NCBI GenBank assembly: GCA_010015585.1
Contig: ML975153.1
From: Eremomyces bilateralis CBS 781.70
Taxonomy: Eukaryota
Length of the DNA stretch: 64,000 nucleotides
Strand: one strand, 5' to 3'
The translations under genes and the position numbers were made by a program. Shown one piece after another: positions 14,249 through 28,465 of the stretch; position 1 is the first letter of the stretch; every line of letters starts with the position of its first letter. The notes below the pieces were generated by a model that made no database searches, was not told the origin of the DNA, and saw only the letters and a program-made list of their open reading frames with translations.

Positions 14249-15063
14249 ATGGCGTCCAAGAAAGACATGCGGAGGGCTGATCTCAGTGAGTACATGCCCA
14301 CCATCTATCGTCGCGTTTCATCCACTCAACCGCCCATCCTAGTCGTCCCTTACGTGGAACCCGAGAAAGAGAAGAATGATCAGGATATGATGAGTATGCG
14401 CCGCCAATGCTATCTATAGCCATCGTTGCCTTTGTGCTCACGCCAGCCCGTTTTGAAGGTACCATGGCAACTACGCTACCCATGGCTGCGGTAAGACATT
14501 AAATTCCCCGTTGTCGTTTGCTGCAGATGACCGGGGGGCTAATTGAACAACCTTAGATATTCATGAGAAATAAGTGATACACCCAAACTCCTTGTTTGAA
14601 GGTTGGACGAGTGGACTAATGCACCATGCCCGTGGTAGGATGCTGGGTTGGTACGACACGCGCCCTTCCTTTATCAACATGACTATCCCATCTCAACCCC
14701 TTCGTCTTCCTTTCATGACGTCCTTACTGATAGACACCACCTTAGGACTGCGGTGCTTTTTGCACTCCAATCATGGCTCTCGGAAACTCCGGAACAGGCG
14801 AAAGGTTCCGGCAATCCGGGGCTTTTCTCCGTAGGCATGGCATGTCAGTGTACATCTTTCTACAAATCATTTCGCTCTCCGCTGACCGCATCCCTTACAG
14901 TCATGTCTTTGGGCACGGTAAGTCCATGACCAGCCAGTATAGCTGTGATATGGCGCTAAATGCGTTCAAACAACAGACATATATGCACTTGTTCCTCCCT
15001 CCGATCCCGAAACCAGGTTCTAGCTCACCAACAGAGGCTCCAGCAGCGGCCCCTCCAGCATGA
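14249..15063 (+). CDS. Small membrane protein, Asterix/PAT10 (UPF0139, WDR83OS-like), 8 exons
   Basis: Manual splicing gives MASKKDMRRADLIVPYVEPEKEKNDQDMMSTMATTLPMAAIFMRNKMLGWTAVLFALQSWLSETPEQAKGSGNPGLFSVGMAFMSLGTTYMHLFLPP...; all 7 introns are GT..AG and keep frame. The family assignment is from recollection. Confidence 0.75.
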
Positions 15064-15836
15064 AGATCTGGACTGCTACAAATCAATGTATTATTTAACC
15101 TGTTCAAGGCGCTACTCCTGGATAAATGGCCGTGGGATATGGTCTCTAAGTAAATTCGTTGACTTAGCTGAAGGAATGAAGATCGATCATCTAATGGGAG
15201 TGAATGCCTGGCAGACGATGAGAGCTATTGGACTGGGATATGTACACTCTGAGACAGAGAGGACTGTGAGACGGGACGCTTGTCGTCGTTGGATGACACT
15301 CGGACAGAGTTCGGGATTTGAACACAGGGCGATTGTAGCACAATGTACGATACAGCGTATCCCACGGTGATCTGATGTTACTAGAGTCATTGGTGATGCG
15401 TACATGTAACTCCAACCTGCCCACAGCTCTCCAGTATGCAGTTAGTCATCACGGGTCACAGTCACGTGAGTGGGTTTACATGATCGATATTTGGTGGCAA
15501 AATTCAGAATGTGGCAGGGGCACAGCGGTAGTTTCCTGCCTCACTGCCTCAGAACGCCACTCGGTGGTGCAATCTGACCAATCATATCGCACAGGACACC
15601 CCAACCGCCCACCCCTCATGTGCAGTTGTGCACCTTCCACCTTCCACTTTCCTGCTACTCCTCGCCGTTTCTCTCTCACAGTTGAAAAGGTCTTCCAGCC
15701 GCATCACCTCCATTTGAATTTCCACCACATCACTTCCCAAATCTTCCAAAAATCCTTTCCGTCCCATCACTCTCGGACGTCTCCCCTGCCATCCACTCCT
15801 CTCTACCAAAGGTCGTTTCCCAGACACGGCGATTTT

Positions 15837-16569
15837 ATGTCCATCGAGAACTTGAAAACCTTCGGTGAGCCCCGCATTGATCTCAATCCTCCCACCCCCA
15901 CCGCGGTCGGCGGCGTTGCGTGCCCTCTGCCATTTCTGCGCAAGGTCGCCACCGCACCGCTTTCCTCGATGGCCTCTGTCTATATCGGTGGAAAGCGGAC
16001 GCTGCAGATGATATCGCCGCTATCGCTATTCGTTTCGAGTGCTAACAGTTTCGCGTTCAGACCCCTTCGCGGAGGCCGACGAAGACACCGGCGAAAGCAA
16101 GCCAGTTGAGAGATATATCCATATCCGCATTCAACGTAAGTGATCCCTGACATTCCCTCCCATGCTTCACTTCATTGTTTGGAGGGCGGGTGCTGGTGTT
16201 CAACTGGTTCCCGCCTTATCACGCCTGCAAACCTCTTGCCACTTATGCACGAGGCTGACGGATCCGATGCAACAGAGCGCAATGGGCGTAAGACCTTGAC
16301 TACCGTTCAGGGCATTCCTGCCAAGTTCGACCTCAAGAAAGTCCTGAAGGTGATCAAGAAGAAGTTCGCCTGCAATGGCACCATCGTCAGCGACGCCGAG
16401 ATGGGGGAGGTGATCCAGTTACAGGGCGATCAGCGCAAGGATGTGATGGAATTCCTGGTGGATAAGGATGGCTTGCAGATGGACTCCAAGAACATCAAGG
16501 TATGTTGCCAATCGGATCGTGCTTTGAAGGGACGGGAGCTAACCGCAACCTCAGGTCCACGGCTTCTAA
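15837..16569 (+). CDS. SUI1: Translation initiation factor eIF1, 4 exons
   Basis: MSIENLKTFDPFAEADED...YIHIRIQQRNGRKTLTTVQG...KKKFACNGTIV...GEVIQLQGDQRK...IKVHGF*. Confidence 0.98.
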
Positions 16570-17244
16570 GCGTGCCATCCGGCCGCCTCGCTTCCTCTCT
16601 CATTGTCCATCGCGTTGACGCCAGTGCTATTCGACCGATCATGACAATCAGCAACGGAGCGTTCTACCATCCCGACGTCCGGTGTGCGATTGAGAGAGGT
16701 TCAACCGACATCTGGACGACAGGTGTTCGGGGCAATACTTCCGCGGGGATATGCTATACAACGGGGGATCCATGGGCTGCAAACACCCAGCTACCGAAGG
16801 AGATTTCATTGCGGTTCAAAGCTGATTGTGCGCATATCTTTCCGGTTCTTTGCATGTGGTCAATCCGATCGATATCCTTTTACAGTCATTACCTGTCTTT
16901 CTCCTGCCTTGAGGGAATCTCAAACGACACACCTTCTTTGCAGATTTATGTAGGCGTGTTCCTAACAGAATGGAGAATTTTATGGTTCACCAGCTGGCCT
17001 TTTCATGCACAGTGACGTTCTAAAATCTTGCCTCTCCACACCGATTCCCAGCTCGTCCTAACGGTCCAAGACGATAACGCATGGGTTGAAGAACGATGTG
17101 AGGTCAATCAATTAACTTCCTAGATATATATGTATGCATCGCCGGATTTGGTTTCTGCCATACCGGTTTGGTGGCATCGTGAGCGCCAGTTCAACGCTAA
17201 CGATGGACTAAGCAGCGGCGTAACAGCAACCTCCAGGGAGTATA

Positions 17245-18974
17245 TCAACCCTCCTCGTCATCACGATTCTTTGATTCGAAGCTTAGCTAGAGCAAAGTCA
17301 GTGAGTGCTGAGAGACATCAAGATTGCGTAATGAGTCGGACGGACCTGATTACCGTTGTAGTACGTCTCTCCTTCATTAGGACTCCGTTGGTCCGCCAAT
17401 GTCCGTATACGGACTCCAGTGCCTGTATTGGTTGGACCGCCCTCGCCACGGTCGTCCGCCGCGGTACTCCTTCGTTCGTTGGTCCCATCAAGCCCAATCC
17501 CAGAAGACCCGCGAGGATTTCCCTCGTCGGAAGTCGCGCTTCCTAAACCGCTGAGATTGCTTGCGTAGGCAAGGCTTCCGGATACCGCCTCTCCGATGCC
17601 TTGTGCCACCCCTTGCGTGGTCCGCCACGCCCAATCGAAGCAGCTAGACATCCCGCTCGTATGAGCATCAGCATAAGCATTCGCGCCTCCGCGCACGAGA
17701 ACCACGATAAGTGTCGCGGAGGGCAAGAGGTCCAGATCTGAATCCCTCAGTTCTCGTTCCTCGAGCTGGACGGGGAGGGAATAGGATTTAGGAGGGATGA
17801 TGTGTGTGAGAGTATATGCAGGTACAGCCGCCGTAGCAGGCAGGGTAAGATCACTGCGCAAAGCGACATCTATCCATGGACGAACATCGGCCGTGATTGT
17901 GCCCGTCGAGGGAAAGGATTTACGAATCCGCTCGCCCGAAGGCAGGCGGACTTGCAAAGGCACTTCATGGGGCTGCGACTTTGGTTTTGTTCCCCTTCCT
18001 GATGTTCCAGCCGTGCCCAGCAAAGGGGACGAAATAGAATTCGGGGCCGGAGACTCTCGTGACCTCGCTTGCTCTTCCCGCCGGCGTCGGCGTCGGCGTT
18101 CGACTTTGTCGGCCTCGATCGCAGCGAGGATCCGCTCCCTCTCCTGGCGGGCCTCTTGCTGCCGCTTCCGCTGCTGTATTACCCAGTCATTTCGCGCATC
18201 TTGGTCGGAACTAGGTGTATGGGGTTCGACTGCCGCTGGTCGAGTAGCGGCTGCTCGTTCTTTTCCTTTCGACACCTTGGGTTGATTTGTCAAGGCCACC
18301 GGCCGCGCAGAATCCTCTCCTTCGGGACGCGGTTGGGTCGGAGAGGCTGAGGCAACCCCTTGTGGTCCATCGTGAGGTGTATCGGTCGGAATGGGAACGG
18401 AGGTAGAGGGAGGGAGGGTGGCTTCGGAGAGTATTTGGTCAGAAGGATCCGGTACGGCGCGTGATAACGTCGAGTCGGTGGGCGGTGCTGCATCGAAGAC
18501 TTTCTTGATCCGTGCTAAGAAATCGTCGAAGTTGTTCTCGGATTCAATGCGGTCCAGCAATTGACCGTTGCTACAATCAATCAGCGCTTGGAGCTTCCAT
18601 GCTCATGGACCCGCCTCACCGTATAATTATGAGGCTTGGATAGGAGGAGACCGGGCAGAATGCGGATAAGAAGCTTTCCTCTTGGGTGCCAGCACAAATC
18701 CGCAGGAGGACGGTCCGATCTGACAGAAGGTCGTGAACCTTCACCGCATGAGATGTCTCCAGATCTTAGACTCGCGGGATGATAGATTTACCTCGACGTG
18801 CGAGAGCCATTCGATTTCCCAGCGCTGGCTGTCGTCCTTCTCATCTAGCTGTGTCAGATGCAATGCGTCTTCACAAGCCAAGAAGCAGTAGATCTTACCG
18901 GAGACGAAGCAGGCTACCAGTTTACCTTGCTGGATGGCGAGCGATATCCCGCTCTGTAGGTCGTCGTGGAACAT
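17245..18974 (-). CDS. UBX-domain protein (Cdc48 adaptor, Ubx7/UBXN4-like)
   Basis: N-terminal MFHDDLQSGISLA thioredoxin-like segment, coiled coil ERERILAAIEADKVERR, UBX-like LQVRLPSGERIRKSF...LLPSATL, and C-terminal IRTLADQR...YYNGNQLSFE motif. Confidence 0.85.
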
Positions 18975-19539
18975 GATGGCTAGCACTTCAGCAGAAAGCA
19001 AGGTCCGAAGAATCAGAAAGAAGGGGTACGGGCGATAGGAGGAGCATGAACATAGAAATGTATATGGGTATCATTCAGGAACTTAACAACGGTATGAATA
19101 TTTGGCCTGAAGTCTGGACTTACAGCTGGTACGTAACTGTTCCTACCTGATATGGCGTATGCGGTATGGCGTATACAGTCCACCCTAATGAACCGAATCA
19201 TGAGAACGGCAAATTTATGCCTTGGTGCCTGAACCCTGACAAGCCCGATATCAGTGGGCCGTCCTGAATTGGATAAACATGAATTGGATAGGCGGCATTC
19301 CGACTTTCTGAAGTCAACAAATGGAAATTTCATATTCCTTAATTGGTATATAGGCGAACCCGGGATTAGTTCTCAATTCTCCTATTAACGCGCTTAAACG
19401 TACTGAAAACAAGAAATGACTGAGGATGAACCACAAGAGCTATGTTTACTAGGAGTCTAGGACTTCGAGGACTTCCTTGCGACGCAAGCCAGGACTCGGA
19501 GCAATGCGAACCTGAGGATTAGCTACGCGTCAGTTGAGC

Positions 19540-21038
19540 ATGAGTAATCTGCAATGTATCCTCAGAGCGCGTGGAATCCCATCAAAAATATGTTCAAGCT
19601 TCCTGGTCAAGCGTGTCTTCGAGAGATATCAAGGAGCAAGGAGACAACTCACAAGCCTCCCCAGCACCAAAATATACGCCGGCCAACAATTCGAAGAGGA
19701 GACTCTCCCCTGGTACAGTCCTAGTCAGTTCTATCCGGTTCGTATCGGAGATCCTTGATGCTACGTACAAGGTTCTAGGGAAGCTCGGGTATGGTGCGTA
19801 CTCCACGGTCTAGCTCTGTGGACACATCAGGTAGAGTCCATCGCACTTATACACAAAGCATTGCTGTTATCCAGGCTAATACATAAGAGATACCGGCTTT
19901 GTCGCCATAAGGGTTTGTGCCCGAAACACCGATCGTTCTGGACGGGTCCACCGGGAGCTACAATTCTACCACCACGTCAGTTCGCTTGGTTCACAGCACT
20001 GTGGCCAACGCCTCATCTGTGGTCTCTTTGAAATGTTCGAGATCTCGGGCTCGTCTTCCCAGCACCTCTGTCTGGTTCATCCCTCAATGCACATGATTGT
20101 CCAGGAGCTCCAGTACAAGAATCAATCGCATCGGTTGAACCAAGAACTCTTGAAGTGGATGTTTGTCCACTTACTCAACGCTCTCTCCTTTCTGCACGAT
20201 GAAGCCAAGGTGGTACAAGCCGGTAAGATCTTGCAGTTATGCGGTGTCTCATTGACAAATAAATCGAATCAGATATCAATCCACCGAATATTATGTTAAC
20301 AGTGGCTGACCAATCGATCCTCGATGATTTCGAAAGACCGATGCTGAGGATCCCTCTCCCACGAATGTCATCGACAATGTCCGCACCATCTATGGCTCCC
20401 ATAAACTCGGCCTTCCCAAAGATACCTTATAGGGCCAACCAGCACTGTGTGGTTTTGGAGAAGCTCGAATCGAGGGTTCTCACAGAGGTCTAGTCGTGCC
20501 CGAGCTATACCGTACCCCAGAGGTGTTGTTTGAAATGGAATGGGGCGCCAGTGCTGATATCTGGAACGTTGCTGTCTCAGTGAGTACAACCGAAACATAT
20601 TTCCGCGTATCATAGAAGTTAAATGGCAGATTTGAGACCTGTTTGAGAATCGGCATTTGTTCGCCGCAGTAGATGAAAACTTGGAATCGTTGGCAACCCA
20701 CCACTTCGCGGAAATGGATCGATATCTTGGGCTACCTTCTCTGGAGTACATACAAATAAGTACAATCACGAAGAGCATTTTTGACGAACGAGGTCAGGAA
20801 TGAAACATTCACATCACCGCTCCAGTCACTAACCCAAGGTGTCGTACGATGCTGGAAGGGTGTTGGAGGCTCGGTTTTCCTACACCTTTCCTTTGATGCC
20901 GCCGTATCTGTCCTGGATAGTGAAACTAAAGAGCAGTTTCCCAATTTCATAGGCTCAATGCTCAAATGCCTACCAGAGCAGAGAAAGCAAGCCTCAGAAC
21001 TCCTCAAAGATCCATGGATGGCTGTACCATCAAGATAG
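19540..21038 (+). pseudogene. SRPK-like (CMGC) protein kinase pseudogene
   Basis: EEETLPWY....FYPVRIG then a frameshift to YKVLGKLGYGAYSTV*LC (TAG 19811-19813 where W is expected); DFG has become GFG (LCGFGEAR); further frame breaks; ends QASELLKDPW. Confidence 0.85.
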
Positions 21039-21344
21039 ATAAGGCGCCTTGAACGGCATGATATTCAGTTCCGTACTTCGTCTCAAATACCTCCGGATCC
21101 TTCTTACGTCGAAGGGATAACAGTATGATTAAACAACTCGTAACTCTAAAATTATATAAAAAAAAATATAAAACTATAAAAATAAGAACGATACGATTAA
21201 TGCAGTAGCATATCACACTTTTCACCCAGGTATCATGAAATTTGGTAGGAGGAAAAGTGTTCCGTGGTTCTAGATCGTTTTTCTGTCCTCCGCTGGAAAC
21301 GGTCTCCCCAACATAATTTTCCAACAACTTTTAAATTCGCTAAT

Positions 21345-22815
21345 ATGCCGTCATACGGCACGAAGGTTGGTACAAGGATGTTCAATTGAAAAATGAATAC
21401 TGACCGGATCAATACAGAAGCGCAGAGCGGAGGAGGCGTTAAAACATTCTCACCATGAAGAATTCGATACGTCCAAACCGGCAAGAATATTTCAGCGCAG
21501 AGCAGAGGACGCGTTAAAACATTCTCAACATGAAGAATTCGATACATCCAAACCAACAAGAACGTTTCAGCGCAGAGCAGAGGACGCGTTAAAGCATTCT
21601 CACCATGAAGAATTGGACACATCCAAACCGACAAGTATATTTCAGCCCGACGCAGGGCGTTCATCGACCGTGACCATTGCCATCCCAGGAAGCATTGTTG
21701 CAAAGTAGGTCAATTAAATCCGCCAATATGCCTCTCATATGCATTGTATACTCATGCCGTCTAGTGCGCAAACACATGAATCGAAGACAGCGCTCGTAGG
21801 GCAAATAGCAAGGGCAGCCGCCGTCTTTTGCATCGATGAAATTGTCATCTTCGAAGATGGACAGGACGCTCAGGTCCGTGAAAGACATCGGAGTTGGGTG
21901 GACGATCGCCGAGTCTCGAACAATGCGGCCGGCGAAGATAGCCATACCGGGTGGTCCGATCCAAGCCATTTCTTATTCCATCTGCTGTCCTACTTGGAGA
22001 CTCCGCCGCACCTACGGAAGTCCCTTTTTCCCCTGCATCCGAACTTAAGGACCGCGGGGACGCTGCCGAGTCTGGACATGCCCCATCATTTGCGATCCAA
22101 TGAATGGGGTCAGTACCGCGAGGGCATGACTGTCCCTTCTGACGACCAAAATAGTGGCTATCAACCAAAGAAAAAGCCAAAGCGCAACGTTGCTACCGAT
22201 GCCACGGATGGAGCTGGCAACGACCTGAAGTGGACCACCGTTTACACCGGCCTTCCAAGCGACGCGTCCATCCTCCTTCCCAAAGATCTTCCCCCGAACA
22301 GCCGACTGACTCTCAAATTCCCGACCCATGACCCACCCGCCTCGCTGTACGACCCTGGCTCCGCGGAAGCGGTCGACCCGGCCGCACCGCGAGAGGAAGC
22401 CGGGTACTACTGGGGCTATCAGGTCCGCAAGGCCGGGACGATTTCCCAAGTCTTGACAGAATGCCCCTGGCCAGGCGGCTATGATGTATCCGTGGGCACG
22501 AGCGAGAGGGGCCGCCCCGTATCCGAAGTGCTACCCAGGGACCCAACCGGCGAGGGTCAGGAGACGTCGCCAGACTGCCTGCCTCGCACGTTCGAGCACT
22601 TGCTCGTTGTATTTGGCGGAGTGGCAGGGTTGGAGACCGCGGTGGAGGCGGATCCGGAATTGGCGGCGAAAGGTCTGGGGAAGAAGAATACGGAGGAGTT
22701 GTTCGACTTCTGGATCAACGTCTGCCCGGGACAAGGAAGTCGGACGATCAGAAGCGAGGAGGCTGTGTGGGTGGGCATGAGTGGACTGTGGCCATGGATC
22801 AGACCCGGTCAATGA
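21345..22815 (+). CDS. SPOUT-family RNA methyltransferase (C9orf114/SPOUT1, DUF171-like), 3 exons
   Basis: TIAIPGSIVANAQ, GQIARAAAVFCIDEIVIFED, LSYLETPPHLRK, AG.LPSLDMPHHLR, YREG, GYYWGYQVR, GTSERG, LVVFGG, N.CP.QGSRTIRSEEA. Confidence 0.93.
21421..21645 (+). repeat. Tandem repeat, 3 x 75 bp, coding and in frame
   Basis: Units begin at 21421, 21496 and 21571 (cgcagagc.gagga.gcgttaaa.cattctca.catgaagaatt.ga.ac.tccaaacc..caag.a..tttcag). Confidence 0.95.
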
Positions 22816-23275
22816 GTTTGAAGACAGGGCAAACACGGATTTGCCATGGTGGATTGATCCATGGGGTCCAGCTTGCTTTGCAAAGATGGAGGAAATATGT
22901 TGGCTTAGAAATGTGCATGGTCTGGTCCATGGCAATGCAAAACGGTTCTAGTCCAGAACAAGCGGTTAGATCTCCAACGCGTGATCAAGGTCCTATCTTT
23001 AATCCCGTGAAGTTTTGGAGCATTTCAGGAAGAGATTCTAGGCGTCTCTGTTGGCGGCTTCTGGGTGGCGTGAACGACCATGGGTATATAGAGAAATACA
23101 TTTTGAGTTCATTCTTCTATGACATATAATTCATCAACGCTATGGAGTACCCCAACACCAAGTACATAGTAAAATATCATTTGCAAAAGTTTGCCATTGC
23201 CATGCCATCCCGCCAAATATATCCAAGACTTCGCAGTATGTATCAAGACTTTGCAATCCAAGGGTATCGAGGAGA

Positions 23276-24948
<1,673 letters not shown>

Positions 24949-25180
24949 GTTGTCGGTTTGAGGTGGATATTTTACAGGTATTGGGTGTTCAAGAAATGTT
25001 TAAGAAATGATCGGAGGGTATTCAAGAAGGATAGGAAAGCAGGTCAAGCGCTTCGCAACAAGAAGAGGAGAGACGGCTTTTTAAAGGTCTTGTTCCAGCC
25101 TGTTTCCTGATATGTATATGGGTTGTGGTGCAACGGTTATGAGCTCATGATGGTTCCGGCCACAAAAAAAGTAGAGGGAG

Positions 25181-25413
25181 ATTGGGCGTGGGGAGCAGGC
25201 AAAGGCGAAAAGTCCGGTCGCGTTGCAAGATTGGTGGCAGATTGGAGAGGATGGCTTCAGGATGGAGATGTTATTGGGTTGGACCAGGAAGCAGAACAGA
25301 GGGAGGCATCAGGTTAAATGGGTAGGATCACACTTGGATGTTTTTCTCACGACTAACATGAGATCCTTAATTCCTTATCAGTTGGAGGGATGGCCGGAAT
25401 GGGAGGTGATTGG
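25181..25413 (-). promoter_or_regulatory. Cluster of CCAAT boxes upstream of gdhA
   Basis: ATTGG on + (CCAAT on the gdhA sense strand) at 25181, 25230, 25241, 25273 and 25409; the Hap/AnCF CCAAT complex is known to regulate A. nidulans gdhA and N. crassa am. Confidence 0.5.
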
Positions 25414-28400
25414 ATGGAATACGGCTGGATCAGGGATGGGATGGCAATTGATGGGATGGGATGGGAATAACCTGGGATGGATTTGGTAATTTGGTCGTCC
25501 AAGATGTAGCGAGCCCCAAGTCTCCGAGATCGCTTCGGTTCAACCAATGTGTTTTCCGTGGGGCAAATGCCAGGGACAATTCCCTTGGACAATTGACGGT
25601 TTGGACCCCTCCGTCAAGAAATCCCCCTCATCGCCTCACCCACCCATCTCACGGCCATAGGTAGTACTGATTGTCGGGCGCTTGGGTATAAACAGGTTTA
25701 CCTACCTAGTTGACTTTGGATGCTTGGACGTTATTATCAAATTGAAGAAGTCACCCATGACAAACATACCGAGCCCATCGCCCTGTTCATACTGTTCATC
25801 CTGCCTCATCCCACCCCGCTCCGGCTGTGAAGTGAGTGTCCGCATTAGACTACCGACCACTACGGACTAGTCACTAAGGAGTAAGGACTAATTACTGCAG
25901 TCACGGTGTTGCCCGATTCTCGTGTGGCATACTGGGATTCAAGGATGATCTACTTACTATTACGTACTTATCTCTAAGTGCCTCTGCGGAAATTAGAAAT
26001 CGAATTTATAATACCCAGCGACACTAGAAGAATGGCAGATGAACACCCCGAGTCGCCCGGCAGCCCGACACTCTGCCCGGCAGAGCCCGATTCCCGATTC
26101 CCGCTTTCAGGCTTCCATTTTCATCATGTCTTTGCAACGGACTCACCGCAGTCCTCAATAATACCTACGGGCAGAACTCAGAAGTATCTTCAGTGTTCGA
26201 GAATCGAGATGGTTGCTTGTGAGGTACGGGCGATTCCGGGAGCTTGGAGATTAGCCCGGTAGCTCTTCGCCACTCGCCAGTCGACAGATCACCACTCACC
26301 AGTCCCCATCTCGGACATCTCAGGACTTCGTTTATTCTGTCGGCTGAAGTACATCCTACATAACTAGCCACACCAGACTGCGATATGCGCAATGCAGAGA
26401 TGTTTACGGCTTCAGGCAGATAACTCCCGGCAAGCGGCTCAGGGGGTGGCCGGTGCGAAAATCCGGGAGAGTGGTAAGTTTTTGCAAAGTAGCAAGTCAG
26501 GAACGACAATTTAGGAATTAGGATGCGTGATCGAGAGAAAAATCTGAAATCTGGTTGCTGTCGTGCCCCCTCCATGCAAGCTACTGTACGATTGCAGCAG
26601 AGACTTCATGTGCATCGATCTAATCCACGGAGTTCGTCATGTCGAACTATCACTGCAGTTCATCAATCCATGGCTTCATGCACAGCGATGAGTTTAACTC
26701 CAAGGAGCCCTCCAACTTCCAAGCCACCATTCAACCCCACGCATTCCCCCTGTCGTGTTGACGCTTGTTTCGTGCTCCCTCGCCTCTTCCGAGCACTAAA
26801 CAGGGATGGTCGACACTCAAATTCTCGGCTGCCGGCTGACTCCGCGTTCAAGTCCCGGGAAATCGGGAAGATGATGCATTTTTTTGCCCTCAAATTTAGT
26901 GTCAAGGTTGGTGTCGTTGGCGACACAGTCCGAGGTCGATTTACGGTTCCAGGATCCCATTACTTAGCCCACGATCCTACCCGTGCCGTATTCCGTGGTT
27001 CCGAAGCGGCATCAACTGCTGGAAATCTTCGAGGGCGGCAAGTAGTACCGGTAATGTTGGGGTTCTGTAGAGACAGCACAGTGCATACAATCCACTGGTG
27101 CACCCAGCAATGTTTTCGTCTCAATAGATAGAGCAGGAGTTCGCCACTCTCCCTCCTATAACCATAAACGGCATTATTATATGGATATCCCTCTCCGTCA
27201 TATATATAGTCTGAATCGCAACGAAGAGTTCAGCTTGGATTGTACAGTGGATCCAATTTCCCCCGCTCGTGAGTGGTCAGAATGGCTGAATGGGCGGCGC
27301 GGACTCGCACTGGGCGATGAGCCAATGTGGTGTACTGTCCATGCAAGCTGAGATGTACTGAGGTACATCTCGGATCAGCAACCTGATCGCGATGAATTCC
27401 ACTCTCCTCCTGTCTATCATTCCTTATTTCCCTAGTCCCTCGAATCGAAGCCAATAGCATACATACCAGTACACCTGTCCTTCGTGGACCGATGCTCCGA
27501 TAGGTACATCGGACTGGGTACCTCCAAGATGAGGCGCGACTACATTAGTCCATCGCGAGACTCCACTATGGCACTGCCTTCCCCGTGCTAATTTTGATAT
27601 TATGATAGGTACAGTAGTAAGTAAGTATTAATAAATGGTCGGGTGCTATGGATTGAATGGTCCATTACTGACTTGGATACCGTTGATCGACTACTTTAGT
27701 TCTCCGTACTTGGTAGTAATATGAGCAGTTACAAGGATGGACCGACCATTCCGATCAAGGAAAGCTACGCAAGCGGTATCTGATTTGTATACTTAACATA
27801 GAATGACAGGAACCTCCCGAGTCCCGGTGCTGATGGTTCGGATGCGCCCGCAATAACTGGACGATCGTGGTCGCTCGATCCCCTCCCCAAGTCCCAACAG
27901 TCTGGTGGTGTCGCCGGCACCCCTTGCACGATTTATGCAGCCACCAAGCCAACCAAGCCACTGGTTTGCGACAACCCCGATGACTTTCTTCAAATCTCTG
28001 CTTGGGTCGTGTTACATCCACTCCTTCTCCTCCACAAATGCACTATCGCACTATGTGCTCCATGTCTTTGGTAAGGGATGACGACCGTCAAGCAGAGATG
28101 CTCCATATGGCGATCTATTATATAGACGTGCCGTCGGGCTTTCCACAAGATGAGCGAATGTCTTTTCTATTCATCGACTTCCCCGCTCCTCAGGCTTCGT
28201 GGGAGCAATCAATAACTCGCACCTTCTCTGTCCAAACCTATTGAGCTATCACTGCATGTGTATCTGCCTTTACCACATCAATTCTGTTATCCGCTGACCA
28301 CATTGCTGCTTTCTCCTTATCTATTCGGGTATGTCGCGCAAGGACTGCCTTGCCTTTTGCGCTTTGCTGTCTTCCGCTCTTCGTACCAAGTTATTAACCT

Positions 28401-28465
28401 GGTTTCTTAGTCTAGACGCACCGCTGTCTGATACTAGTCAATACGTACCCAGCCCGATACTACTC

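Noticed and set aside
21421..21645. CRISPR-like array
   Set aside because: The units are contiguous with no unique spacers, lie in frame within a eukaryotic exon, and have no cas genes nearby
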